DNA of 64,000 nucleotides. Source: the human T2T-CHM13v2.0 reference genome, Homo sapiens. This document shows, piece by piece, positions 1 through 14,785 of the stretch. The DNA is taken from NCBI RefSeq assembly GCF_009914755.1, contig NC_060930.1, one strand, 5' to 3'. Position numbers and translations under genes: made by a program. Each line of letters starts with the position of its first letter. The first letter of the stretch is position 1. The notes below the pieces were generated by a model. It saw only the letters and a list, made by a program, of their open reading frames with translations. It made no database searches and was not told where the DNA came from.

Positions 1-62
1 GAGCCAAGATCATGCCACCGTACTCCAGACTGGGAGACAGAGCGAGACTGTCAAAAAAAAAA
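1..62 (+). mobile_element. Alu 3' end (cut by window edge)
   Basis: GAGCCAAGATCATGCCACCGTACTCCAGACTGGG...GAGACTGTC followed by an A tail. Confidence 0.9.
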
Positions 63-99
63 GAGAGACAACAACTTTAAACATAAATGCACAAAATAA

Positions 100-1225
100 A
101 ATAGCCTCAAGTATATTAGGTAAAATTTTTTGGAACTAAGTGAATTTAGCATGGCTTTCTCAGTTACTGATAGATGAAGAAGACAAAAAAATCAGCAAGG
201 ATATTAAAAATATGAACCACTCAATTTCAAGTTATGACCCACTCAGCTGACATCTAATGGATATATTGAGTTCCTTCAAGTATTAGAGAATATACATTTT
301 TCTCAAGAACACATGGAATATATGCAAAAATTTGAGCATGTACTAAGCCATAAAGAAAGTCTCAACACATTTTGAACTTAGATATGAAGCAGACTAGGAA
401 CTCTGACCACAATGAAATTAAATTAGAAGTTTAAAGTATACATTTTAAATGACTACATATTTAGCAGTACTGCTAAACAACACATGGGTTAAAGGAGAAA
501 TATCATAATAAAAAATGTAATATATCTAAAACTGAATGACAATAAAAATAGCAAATATCAAAATTGCTCGGATGCAGCCAACGTGTACTCTGAGGGAAGT
601 TAATAGATAATTACGTATATTAGAATGAAATAAAATCCCAAAATTATTGAGCTAAGTGTTAGTCTTAAGAAGTGAGGAGGAACCAACAAACTCAAAGACA
701 TTAGAATTCAGAACATAAAAATAGGAGCCAAAATCAACAAAGTAGAAAACAGAAATACAATGGAGAAGAATCAAAAGGCTAAGAACTGGTTCGCCACTAA
801 AACTAACAATACAGATAAACTTTTCAAGATTTGTCAAGACAAGAAGATAGAAGTCACAATAAGTAATATTATGAATGAAATGGGGGGTGTTATTATACAT
901 AAAGTATCCATAATACATAATAAGAGAATATGACCAAAAACAATATGCCAAAAATTTTGAAAACTTAGATAAATATCTACAAAACATAATTTATTAAAAC
1001 TGACTTAAGCAAAAAACCAAAAGGTAAAACTTGAATAATGCTATAATTATTAAAGAAAAATTATTCTCACACACACACAAAAAGTACCAAGCCCCCATGG
1101 GTTTACAGGTGAGGTGAAATTTTCAAGGACCAGATCATCTAGACAAAAGAAATTCTTCCGGACAAAAGAAAAATTCTTCCAGACAAAAGAAAATGAGGGA
1201 TTACTCCCTAACTCCTCTTATAAGG
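100..1225 (+). mobile_element. Old L1M ORF2 fragment (endonuclease and downstream region), decayed
   Basis: A-rich; remnants encode EYTFFS..HG, SDHNEIKLE and EGLLPNS, matching L1 ORF2 motifs. Confidence 0.8.
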
Positions 1226-1269
1226 GGAGATGTTAAAGGAGAATGGACAGTGAACACAATTAAGAAAAA

Positions 1270-1980
1270 TCGCTGCCCCATGGAACTTACGTTCTAGGGT
1301 GAGTATGGGAGGGACACACAGTAAATAGGTAAAAGATACAGTATGATAGATGGTGGTAACTGTTACGGAGAAAACTAAAACAAGAAAGACCCAGGGGAAG
1401 TGGGTGATGCCATTTTAAGTAGGATGGTCAGGGTGGACCTCACATTTCAGGAAGACCTGAAGGAGGTGAGAGAAAGAGACCCATTTTTGACTGGAGGAAG
1501 AACAGCGCAGTCAGAGGGAGCAGGAAGTGCGAAGGCCCTGAGGTGGGAACACCACTGGCATGTGCAGGGGTGAGACAGAGGAGTGTATGACTGGGAGAGG
1601 GCAGGTAACAGGAAGGAGAGTAGGAAATGAGGGGCCAGACCTCGACTGTGACTCAAGAGAGTGCAGCACAGGAGTGGCAGGATCTGGCTTACATTTTTGC
1701 AGGATCACCCTGCTATTATGTTGAAAATGCACTGAAGGAGTGACGGTGGAAGCAGACCCTTTAGGAGGCTATTGCAGCAATCCGGACAGGAGATGATGGC
1801 GGCTCAGATGAGGTGGTGCCGTGGAGGAGGAGGGCTTACATTCTGGGCAAACCTGAAAGATGCAGTCTACAGGATTTACTCGTGGATTGAATTGGGGTGA
1901 GAAAGACAGAAGGAGTCCTGGGGGATCCAGGGCTTTGTTTGGGCTGGAGCAACTGGAAGGATGAAGTTTCTGTTGAATTT
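1270..1980 (-). mobile_element. LINE2 fragment
   Basis: Antisense L2 hallmarks such as GCAGGAAGTGCGAAGGCCCTGAGGTGGGA and GGATCACCCTGCT; purine-rich plus strand. Confidence 0.7.
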
Positions 1981-2272
1981 GATCCTTCAAACCACAAAGA
2001 GAATGAGAAGAGAGTGGGGAGAGAGACAGGGAGACAGACAGAGGGGTAGAGAGACAGAAATTTTCACATGCTTCTCTTAAGAAAGCCAGCCTCCCCAGCA
2101 CCACCCCAAAGTCAGCCATGAGGCAAGAGCAAATGGCTGTTTGAGGAGACAGAGAAACAGCATCATAGACAGGCATGACGCAGGAGAAGCAAGATGCCAG
2201 TTTTCAAAAAGTAGAACAGAGATTGTGCACATAGCCAGCAAGAAAAAGCAGTGGATTTTCATAAAACCTACA

Positions 2273-2762
2273 TTTTTTATTATTATACTTTAAGTTTTAG
2301 GGTACATGTGCACAACATGCAGGTTTGTTACATATGTATACATGTGCCATGTTGGTGTGCTGCACCCATTAACTCATCATTTAACATTAGGTATATCTCC
2401 TAATGCTATCCCTCCCACCTCCCCCCACCCCACTACAGGTCCCAGTGTGTGATGTTCCCCTTCCTGTGTCCATGTGTTCTCATTGTTCAATTCCCACCTA
2501 TGAGTGAGAACATGCAGTGTTTGGCTTTTTGTCCTTGCGATAGTTTGCTGAGAATGATGGTTTCCAGCTTCATCCATGTCCCTACAAAGGACATGAACTC
2601 ATCATTTTTTATGGCTGCATAGTATTCCATGGTGTATATGTACCACATTGTCTTAATCCAGTCTATCATTGTTGGACATTTGGGTTGGTTCCAAGTCTTT
2701 GCTATTGTGAATAGTGCCGCAATAAACATACGTGTGCATGTGTCTTTATAGCAGCATGATTT
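2273..2762 (-). mobile_element. 5'-truncated L1PA 3' end (ORF2 C-terminus plus 3'UTR)
   Basis: TTATTATACTTTAAGTTTTAGGGTACATGTGCAC start; ORF 2487-2729 is the L1 ORF2 C-terminus (MFIAALFTIAKTWNQPKCP...GGN). Confidence 0.95.
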
Positions 2763-2768
2763 CTTAAT

Positions 2769-2890
2769 TTTTTTTTTTTTTAGAGACAGGGTCTTGCTAT
2801 GTTGCCCAGGCTGGTCTCAAATTCCTGGGCTCAAGCCATCCTCCTGCCTCAAAAGTGCTGGCATTACAGGCATGAGCCACAGTGCTGGGG
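2769..2890 (-). mobile_element. Alu left monomer (FLAM-like)
   Basis: Poly-T then AGAGACAGGGTCTTGCTATGTTGCCCAGGCTGGTCTC...GAGCCAC; single arm. Confidence 0.8.
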
Positions 2891-2974
2891 CAAAACCCAT
2901 ATTTTAATATTGCTTACCAAGACAGACTTATAGCACCTCAGTGAGGCTGGCAGTGCAGTGATGATTAGGTGAAC

Positions 2975-3065
2975 TTACAGAGGGAAAAATGGAGGCCTAG
3001 TGGTTAAGTGACTGGCCCAAGGTCACACTACCAGTAAGAGCGATTACTGGGACTAAGCCCAGAGC
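2975..3065 (-). mobile_element. MIR fragment
   Basis: GGTTAAGTGACTGGCCCAAGGTCACAC core. Confidence 0.7.
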
Positions 3066-3179
3066 TTCTCACTTGCAGTCTGGGGCTCCACCCAGCCCAC
3101 ACTTTCTTCCTGTAAGGTCACTGCAGAATTCTCTCATTTGTTTCTTTCTGCAGCTTGTTTTCTTAAGCCACTTATTTCA

Positions 3180-3700
3180 GGGTTGCTTTTATGAACAGCC
3201 TGAGTTAACCTCAATAGCTATGATTTCACTGTCAATAAAACAGCTTTACTTGATGCTCTCTCTCAACCCTCTGAACATATTTTTGTTCAAAATAATGTCC
3301 TCAGCAAATGGGGAAAAAAGCAAACTCCACTTCCACCCTGCCCACCACCCACCACCCCTCCATATTCTGACATAAAATAGACACCAGCCACAGTTAACTG
3401 TGGCATTTGAGTCCATTTATGACACCATGCAGCTCCCATGGCCAGGCGAGGAGCCTGGCAACCCCAGCCCCAGCGGGCAGGAGCGCTGGTCCCACCATGC
3501 CCTGGAGGAAGGGAAGCCCCAGAAAGCTGAACGCCCTGTGCCCGATTTATAAATAGCTCTTCAGAGGCATGGGCTCTCACGGGCGGCCCCTGCCAACTCC
3601 CTTCTGGCGGCCTTTAATTTTTCCATGCCAGGCCCACCTTGTACCCGACCCCGCCCCACAAAACAAAGGTCCACCCTGTGTGCGATCCTCAGCCCAGCAG
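3180..3700. promoter_or_regulatory. Candidate enhancer/promoter in repeat-free sequence
   Basis: MEF2/TATA-like TTATAAATAG 3547-3556, GC box CCCCGCCCC ~3650, several TTTATG/CATAAA motifs, 18-bp palindrome 3387-3404; motif evidence only. Confidence 0.3.
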
Positions 3701-4694
3701 CCCCCCTCCCACCCCAGGGGCACGCCCCACCTTTACTCAGGCCAGAGATGGTTGAAAAGCAGCAAGACCTCGGGAGGGCACAAGAGGGCTGAGGAGGCAA
3801 GAAACTTCACTAGGACACCCCCGCAGCAGGGATTGGGGGGGCCAGCTGCCAGCCCTCTTGGCTGGTCCTGGCCTCCCTTCCTCCCACAGTTCCGTCTCTG
3901 CTGTTGTCTCCAACAGGCAGGGTCTGATCTGCCCCCACCCCACACCCAACACTTGTTCTTAAAGGAGGAGGAGGACCATGACGTCTACCAGTAAAAATAA
4001 TCCCTGTGTGCAACGATATTTACATTCTTCTTCCACTGTACAGTACAACCCTTCCAGCAGCGCTGGGGACAAGCCAGGAGACGGTGACTGTGCTCCCGGG
4101 GCCCGACCCTGTGGAGACTCAGCTTTCCTCCCATTCTCTGGCCAGGGAGCTCCACGGTCCATCTGTGGACAGCTCTCTTTGCAGGAAAGCTCTTCTCTAT
4201 GAGGATGAGCACCACCTCCTCTGGCCCAGGATCGACCCCCACAGGGACTTCTGCCCAGACAAGCCATTTGGACTTTGCCCCCCATCACCATGGCCATCAG
4301 CTATCAGGAGAGAACCAGCAGCAGCCCTGGCTCCCACCAACCACGACACATGACTCCGTGGCCCCTTCCCAACGTACCTGGGCTCTGAGCTTTGCGTGCG
4401 TCCCCCGCCTCTCTCACTGCCTATTTATGTGCAAAGTGAGCTACCTCTTCCCAGGAGTCCTGAGCCAGCTCCCAGCCACATGCAGGCCCTGAGCATGCGC
4501 TCTTCCGTGGTTTACCTGTATAGCCCCCAAGCAGTCCCAGGAGGCAGGGGCTACTACTCTTCCCTTTTCACAGCCTAGGCCAGGGAAGCCCTCAGTTAGG
4601 CAGTCTGCCTTGAGAGAGGTGAAGCTCCCGGCCTGGTGTCTAGAAAGCAGCAGCAGCAGCACCAACAGGTACTAAAGATGAACCCAGCTGTACA

Positions 4695-5306
<612 letters not shown>

Positions 5307-6757
5307 GGGTGAGGCCAACATGAAGAAGAATGAAGGAAGTGTTACTGGAGAGGACTGAAGACTGTTTTGGATTCTAGCTGGGTCAGACGGTTGGGGGCTG
5401 GGGGACGCACTCCAGAGACAGGAACCGGAGCGGGCACAGGCACACAGAGGCGTGTCTTGGAACATCTGCTATTTTAACAGGAATGTGGGAAAAGGAAAAT
5501 CTGGGGCGTTGGGCTGGATGGAGGGCCCTTTAACAAATGCCCACCGAGCTCCCCGCAGGCTCTCTCAGGATCTGGGGAAGGAGGACCAGCCATGTGGCAG
5601 TTCCACATGACTCATTCATCCTTTAACCACATTCCCTGTCACACAGCTCAGGGAGGAGGACTACGTGGTGGCAGGCTGGGGAGTGATCTTCCGTCCCACC
5701 AGACAGCAGCCCACCCAGGACACTGCAACCCAGACCCTTCCCCTCAGAGGCCAAGCCCCAGCTCAACCAATTCACTTGCTCCTTCTCACTTCAACTCCAA
5801 TGAATGCCAATAAAATCTCAGCCATGAATGGAACAGATGCCTGCAAACATTTTTATTATTAAAATAATGCCTTCCTTGTATGAACGTCTCATAATTGAGG
5901 GTCAAATATAAGCAAAAAGCAGACTCAAAGCCAGCCATCCCTGGTTGACTTGTTGACAAAATAATTCACAGACAGTTCCCAGGCCCTCGGCCACAGAGCT
6001 GTAAACAAGCTTCCAGTTGCTGAACGAACCATAATAGACCCGAGATAAAACCATTCGTCTTCAAGTCATCTCAGGACCCAGGAGTGCCAATTCAAATGGT
6101 CACGCACAAGCACAAAACACCGAGCATGAAACATCACGTTTCTGCTGTATTTGATTTCTGTACATTTTCAATGAAATGTCTGGGCATTTCAGTATGGCTA
6201 AGTCAGTCTAGGGGTATTAGGAATCAGCCAGGTAAACCAGTGCCCTGGGAAATGTCCCAAGCCAGCTTAGGCATGATCTGAAAAGTCCCTGCAAGTTTCT
6301 CTTGCTTTGTATGTTACTCAGTGATAACAGTAATTCAATTCCATTCCAGAACAACAATATACATTGGGTTTCCATTGCATCTTCAGGATCCTGTTCCGGG
6401 ATATTCCTGAAGACTGCCGGTATCCAGTATTTTACCCACTTGATCCTGGTGCATGTACAGGAAGACATCTCAGACCACACGCTCTGATTTGAGACGGTAG
6501 GCCCTATAGTTAGCATAATTATAGAGTGAGCAAGATAACTATAACTTAACCATGCCCTGAATGAGTATGCAGTCAGTGCCTACAGAAGGCCACGGGAACA
6601 TGTGTAACTACGATACCAGCAGGAGGCAAGGAGTGACAGGGTCTGGAGCTAACAAATTACTAAAGGAAGGAAATCATTGCAACTCAGAGGAAGGCTCTGT
6701 AAAACCAGTGGCATGCCTCTGGTTAGCTTAGAGCATGAGTGAAATTTCAACAAGTCA

Positions 6758-6994
<237 letters not shown>

Positions 6995-7099
6995 TTAAGT
7001 TATGCTCTCTTGTGCCTTGGAGTTGGGTCAAACTCCAAGAAGATGGAACTGCAAAAGCAGACTGGGTTCAAGTTTGCAAGGCCTAGAAGGTCATGACTA

Positions 7100-7550
7100 C
7101 CAGAGCCTGGCTACGTTTCTCCTTTCCTCGCGTGACTCAGCTGGACTGCATTCCCCCAGCTTCTCCCACAGTTAAGTCTGACCATGTGACTCAATGCTGG
7201 CCAACAGAAGGTAGTAGAAGTGATGTAATGTACACCACTTCCAGGACTGGCCTGAATCCCACCTCCTCAGGCCGTGACTGGGCCTCCATCCAGGGGTTTC
7301 TGCCTGGACACACTCTCTCTCTGCTAGTTTGGATGGCAACACCCATGGCAAGCTTGGAGCACACCATGGAGACAACAGAACCTCCACCAACGTCATCCTT
7401 GGTTGATTGTGTGCCGGGGAGCACACCACCACCTCCCACCCAGCCCCACTTCCCAAGGGACTTTTCCTGAGTGAGGAAGTTACAGGATGCTAGGCTGCTG
7501 AGATGTCAGGATTCACTTGCATGAACTCTGAAGTCAGCATTTCTCCAACT
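7100..7550 (+). mobile_element. Ancient ERVL/MaLR-type LTR
   Basis: GACTGCATTCCCCCAGC...GACCATGTGACT...TGGCCAA...GAAGTGATG...CCACTTCC motif string. Confidence 0.55.
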
Positions 7551-7789
7551 AAAATACCAGGGTTGGGGTCGCATGTTCTTCCTTAGGCCGTGCTTTGGGA
7601 AGGGAAGCCCGGGGGCAGCGTGGAAGCTGGTGTGGACGCAGGAAGAAAGCCACAGCAGGACCCTGTTGAAAGACTACTGAAGGGCAGATAAGAGATGAGA
7701 AGTGAGGAAAGACAGTGACTGGGAGAGGAAGGAAAGGAGGAGATATTTTTCATCATCCACTCCCTCTTTCTATTCAACTTTTATATCAC

Positions 7790-8360
7790 TGTTAATTGAA
7801 ACAGATTTCTCATAGCTCACCAGTGACCTCCTCATCCAGAACCAAGGATCATCTTTCTTATTAGCGGTGCCATCCTGTAGCATTTGACCACTGCCTCCTT
7901 TTTTGGAGGCTGTCTTCCCTTTCGCCACCCCCAGTCCTTCTTGTCTCTGAACCTCCGTTCTCTCTCCCTCTTTCTCTTCCATACCACCCCCCGACCCCGC
8001 CACACCACACACACTCCTCTCTTCCACCTCAAATGTAAGCTGTACCAAGGTTCTGGCTTTGCACCTGCTCTTCTCTTTTCTCTATGTGTGGAATCCCCAG
8101 GGGGCTTCATTTGCCATCTGCCTTCTCCCTTTCTACTCGCCTTCCCCCTTTCTACTCACCATCTCCAGAACTGCCTCACCAGCCCCAACTTCTCTTCTGA
8201 GCTCTAGATCAAAATGTTTGATTTGCCATCTGAACAGCCACACACAGATGGTCTGCAGGCACCTCGAAAGCAGCCTGGCCAAAACAAAATTCATTCCCTT
8301 GTCACCCCCTCTCATTACTCCCCACCCACTGAGCAATGCTGCTGTTTCTCCATTTCTAGT
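7790..8360 (+). mobile_element. LINE2 fragment (RT region)
   Basis: CTCACCAGTGACCTCC...GCATTTGACC, pyrimidine-rich L2 sense pattern. Confidence 0.65.
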
Positions 8361-9911
8361 TGTCTGAGACGGGAGGTTCAGCCACAAGCTGGTCATGAAG
8401 GGCTCTGTGGAACACCTTGCTAACATCAAGGTGTGATATTTCCCTGGAGGGTCTAAGACCTCCACCCTGGATCCCCCACACCTTTCCACAATTGCTCCAA
8501 CACTCATTCCACTTTTACAGCATGTCACCCCCTTGTCACGATTCCTCCAAAAGTAGAACTTGTCTCCAAATTACATGGAAAGGTGTCCACACTCCACTGG
8601 GATGACTCAGCACGGCTCAAATAAGCTTGTTCAAATGTTGGTGGTCTTTTCTTACTGTTTTCTCGTTTATCTTGGATTTCAATTTCCCTTTTAGCCAAGT
8701 TTATTTGCTCCTCTCAAATCTGAAGAAGATTCTTGTTCAGGAAGTAATGACCAAAGATAATTTAAGGTGTTTTGATATTTCTTAATCATCAGATGGCACT
8801 GTGCCATTTTCTCTGGGTCATGGACCGATTCCTTTTCTCATTCTTCCTGCTCATGACATAGCTTTCCAACCCTTTTCGTTCTCCTTATATTCTTCACAAG
8901 ATTTAATGCAACCCAAGCTCTACCTGAATTAGTCAGGACTCTTCTGGTTGCAGAAATCCAAGTGGCAGAAATCCAAGCTAAGTTCATGGGAGCAAACCAA
9001 GAGAAGGACAGGCAGAAGAGGAGACAGCCATGCAGACCACCAAGCTGGGGACTCAGACCCCATCGGGGTTCACCCACTGTGCTCTGGCCTCAGTTTCTCT
9101 TTCTGTGTGGACTTCACCCAGCCAATCCACTTTCTCACTGGGGTGGGTTCATGGGAGCAGCTCTGATTCACATCTTTAGCAGCTCTCCAACCAGAGAGGA
9201 AGAGCTTTCCTCCCAGCTCCAATTTCAAAACCGCAGGAAAACACAAGTTAGCTCAGCTTGGCTCACTTTGAGTTTACCCCTCAGAACAGTGACCATGGTC
9301 ACATCAGTGAAATTATTTACCCATCCTGGGTCACATACCCACTTCTGGTGTCAAAGAAATAGGGTATGCTGCCAGAAAAAAGGAAGAGAGATTGATGAAC
9401 AGATAACAAATAGGAGATATCTGCTATATTAGCCACCGTTTAAACATACTTCCCTCCACACATGTGCCTTCCTGACCTGTCCTCTCCATATTCAATATTG
9501 TGGACAGCTGCCAGTTGCCAGGTGGTGTGTAGTGAATGGAGATTGTAGAAATGAGTCTTCTCCGTGCCCCGTGAAGAGAAGACTTCCAGCCCAGGAACAC
9601 TGCAGGGAGAATGATCTCCAGTGATCCCTTCTGGTTGTAACAGCCTAAGGTTCTGAGAGCCTAATTCTAGGCATGGTGTCGTCTCTTCCTTCTTTCTGCC
9701 CTAACCTCCACTTACTCTTACTCTAATACCAGCTTCTCAGCTCAGTCAAACCTGGACCACTTCTCCCGTGCTCTCCCAAATTCCCAGTTATGGCGCCTTT
9801 CCTGGAAATATCCTTCTCCAAAGTCTACTCTCCAAAAATACTAAAGTCACTGTGGCTGATCTCAGCCAGGTGCTTGGGAGAAGAAGAAACTGAGCAATTC
9901 ACACCCTAGCA

Positions 9912-10266
9912 CAAGGGTCCCCAACCCCTGGGCCATAGACCTCTACCTGTCCACCTCCTGTTAGAAGCTGGGCTGCACACTAGGAGGTGAGTGGTGGGAG
10001 AGTGAGCATTACCCCCGCCTAAGCTCCACCTCCTATCAGATCAGCAGCAGCATTAGATTTTCAGAGGAGCACAAACCCTACTGTGAACTGTGCATGCCAG
10101 GGATCTAGTTTGTGTCCTTCTTATGTGAATCTAACTAATGCCTGATGATCTGGCGTGGAACAGTTTCATCCCGAAACCATCTCCCCCATCATCCCTCCCA
10201 CCAGTCCTTGGAAAAACTGTCTTCCACAAAACTGATCCCTGGTGCCAAAAAGGATGAGGGCCACTG
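9912..10266 (+). mobile_element. MER1B (hAT-Charlie), near full length
   Basis: CAAGGGTCCCCAACCCC...GGTGCCAAAAAGG..CCACTG; 8-bp TSD CCCTAGCA/CCCTGGCA. Confidence 0.9.
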
Positions 10267-10335
10267 CCCTGGCATGAATGACAGGTGCCCTCCAAGAGTG
10301 CCTTAACCCCACTGAATTTCTAATGGGTAGAAGGT

Positions 10336-10698
10336 TGTTATGGGCTGGACTATGTAACACCAAAAATTCATATGTTGAAGTCCTCACACCCAGTACCTCA
10401 GAGTATAATCATATTTGGAGAGAGAGCCTTTATATAAATTGAAACAAGGTCATTAGAATGGACTCTGATCCAATCTGACTGGTCTCCTTATAGGTAAGGG
10501 AAGAGACAGACACACACAGAGGGAAGACCACGTGAGAACACAGGGGAAAGATGCCATCTAAGCCAAGGAGAGAGGTCTCAGAAGAAACCAACCCTGCCTA
10601 CACCTTGATCTTGAACTTCTAGTCTCCAGAATTATGAAGAAATAAATTAAGCCCCCCAGTCTGTGGTATTTGTTTTGGCAGCCCTAACTAACTGATAC
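10336..10698 (+). mobile_element. MLT1B-like MaLR solo LTR
   Basis: TGTTATGGGCTG...AATTCATATGTTGAAGTCCT...GAAGAAACCAACCCTGCC...GGCAGCCCTA. Confidence 0.85.
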
Positions 10699-12287
10699 TA
10701 GTTAGTGAGGAAGTGAACTTTCAGCTGACAGGCCTTGTCAGCACTCCCAATCTCTCCACCCCTAGCCTTCTTCTCTCTTCCCACAGACCTGGAAAAGTAA
10801 GGCTCTGTCTCCCCTCATCAGAAAAGCTGCAATTTCCCCTTCCAGCAAATCACTCCACAAGTGGACCAGGGCACCCCACTTACACTTTCAAACACGCTGA
10901 GAAGCAGGATATACGTACAAGAAATATTTAGCCTTCCTCTCTTCCTTGGCAGAATCTTTGTAATTTAGAACTGAGATTAACCTAGCCCCCAAAAAGGGGG
11001 AAATAAAGTTTAAAAATAAACACTGTCAGGAACTCACCAGGACTCATTCAAAAGTCATGGGTATTCAGTAAACACAAAACATTTTGAGAAGCACGAATAG
11101 GATGCAATTCAGAGTCACCCATTAGACCAGAATATCAAGTAGGCGGCTGTTAGCCATTCAGATGCAAAGCCACTCATCTGTACGTAGGGAAATATATGTT
11201 TCCAATTTAAAATAAAGTTTGTAAAGCTTGTAATCAGTTTGGTAAGATTTCCCTAGAGGGTCACTAGTAGCTACCAGCACAGAAGTTTCTGGATGTTGAA
11301 GGCCTGGAAATTAAATCTTTATACTTGTCCCAATGATGAGGTAGCCAGATGAGAGCAGAGACCACCAACGCTGGCCACGCAAGGTTGCCCTCGGGCAGGC
11401 GAGACTCTTCCCTGGGCTGTTAATTTCACAGAGGGGCAACACCATTGTTGATCTTTCTTTTTCTTTTTAAGGAAAGCATTAATAAGCAATGGAGAGGGCA
11501 CATGAGTCAGGCTCAAAACAAAACCACAGGGGACAATGAAGAGCTGCATCGGAGCAGGCCCTGTGGACAGGCGTGGGAAGTGAGGTCTAATGCAAAGGGG
11601 GAGAGAGGCCTTACACAACTTCTCCATTTCACAGAGCGGCAGACTGAGTCCTGGGATGTCAGGCGACTTGGGTTAGCTCACATGAAAAAGACCCAGATGA
11701 CTGCATTTTCTTGCTACCTTATATTTTCAGTTCTCTGCCACTCTTGCTTTCTGAAACCTTCTTTGTCACCCTTTGACCAAGATGCCCCATGTCCAGTGGC
11801 TGCCCTCTGACTGCCTGTGCCTGCCACTCCAGAACCCTTCAGGAGCCTTCCTGCCCATAATCTTCCTTTCTCCTCCGATCTCATGTGTGCTGAGTCACTT
11901 GCTCCCCATCAAGCTCTGTCCCTAGACATTGTCACAGCTTCCCAGCTGCCTGCTTTCTGGCCTAACTTGCTCTCTCTTGCTCACAAATCACTCCCAGAAG
12001 CTTCTCTCTACTGCATCACCAAGCACCTAAGATCCAAGTCCAACGTTCTACCTGCCTGGTGGACATCTCCACAGCTGTCTCCCTCCACAACTACAGGTGG
12101 CATATTACCCTTTCCAAGTGAGCCAATGGAGTGTGACATAAAAGGCAGGACTTTGGAATCCAAAGGTCTGCCTTGGGTCTTGGTTCCATCACTCTCTGGC
12201 TGCATGATCTTGGGTGAATCTCATTACTTCGTGAAGTCTCCAGCATTTTGCAAAGGACACGATAACTGTCCTCACTCTGAGTGGAAG

Positions 12288-12840
<553 letters not shown>

Positions 12841-14131
12841 TTACAAACTATGATGTGCTATGCAAAGGTTGCCCATGAAATTTTACAATATTAGTGTCTC
12901 CCCACTGTTTCATATTGTACTGGACAGGTCTCCTCTGGTTGTACATGAGAGAAATCTAACTCCGAACTCCATGATAGAAAGAGGACACTTTGGGGCCTAT
13001 GCTATTGCAAAGTCCAGATGCAGCTATGGCCCCAGGCTTTATGAAAATCTTGCCTAGAATGAGAAGGGGAGAAAGCTGCAGAGAGAGTCAGGGAACCCAC
13101 TCATCAGAAATGCAGCTTTGTGCCCATCTCTGTATTAGATAAATGCACCAAACATAGGATTGTTTCCTCCCTAAATTTACATTCAAATGGCTCAATTTCA
13201 CTATAAGAATATGAAATAGGGCAAGAAGACACGGCATGTGGCATTTTGATCAAATGCAAAGGACATGTGCCATCTGGCGTCTGTGTGCTTTTTATGGACA
13301 CTCGCGTCCTGCTTCCAGCCCTGTCGGGAGGACTATCAGAGCCTCTCCTCTTACACACACACACACATCCACACATGTACACACCCGCACACAGACGCCC
13401 TCACACTGCATGTAGGGAAATCTAGCCTGAGGAATCACATGGTCATTGAGGTGGGAGGAGAGACCTAGGAAGAGAGGAGGGAGGTGATAGAGAGAGAACC
13501 ACAAGAGTGGCCGTGACAGCCAAGCAGCTGCCCAGAAACCAGAGAAGAGATGCTACACTCCCAGAGACTCTCCTTCTAGATCCCGTGGCAAGTCTATTCA
13601 TTTCCAGCGCACAAGTGGGATGTCAATTTCAATTTCTCAGAATACTGCATCTTCACCACCCTAATCCACCCATTATTAAACCACCCCAGCCTCATGCATG
13701 GTTTGGTTATGGGCTATTAAGGGCTGCCTTGGGTTCCAGAAGGCACACTTCATTTGCTGGTGAATTAATTCTTAGATGTACTGTGTATAACACATTTAAG
13801 GCTCTTTCCAAGCAAAGACATTGTGTAACCTTCGATTACTTTTGCCTGTGCAAAATTGTGTATGTCCAGAGTTGAGTCACTCTAAGCACCTCCAAGTGAC
13901 TGCACTGGCTAGTCCTGACTTAGGAGCTGTGGCAAGAGGTGGTGTGCCAATTTTCAGTCCAATTCTCACTCCTCCACTGCCTGGGGACAAGGTTCTTGGC
14001 AGCCTGAGCCCCAGTTTCTTGATCTGTGATATGGGGATGATCATGTCCTCCACCTGGTGTTGTTATGAGAATTCGAGCATGTTTATGAAGTGTCTCCTGC
14101 CTATAGATGACACTCATAAAATGAGTCATTG

Positions 14132-14785
<654 letters not shown>

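Noticed and set aside
2487-2729. 80-aa ORF and its twin at 42862-43104
   Set aside because: C-terminus of L1 ORF2 in 5'-truncated copies that have no promoter
3569-4578. Cluster of overlapping 60-141-aa ORFs
   Set aside because: GC-rich sequence gives open frames on both strands; no recognisable domain and no coherent exon chain, despite an acceptor-like site at 4043
6380-6413. Hairpin TCTTCAGGA...TCCTGAAGA as a possible miRNA or structured RNA
   Set aside because: Only a 9-bp stem, too short for a pre-miRNA and expected by chance
8950-8977. Direct repeat GCAGAAATCCAAG x2
   Set aside because: Small slippage duplication inside what looks like an old LTR fragment
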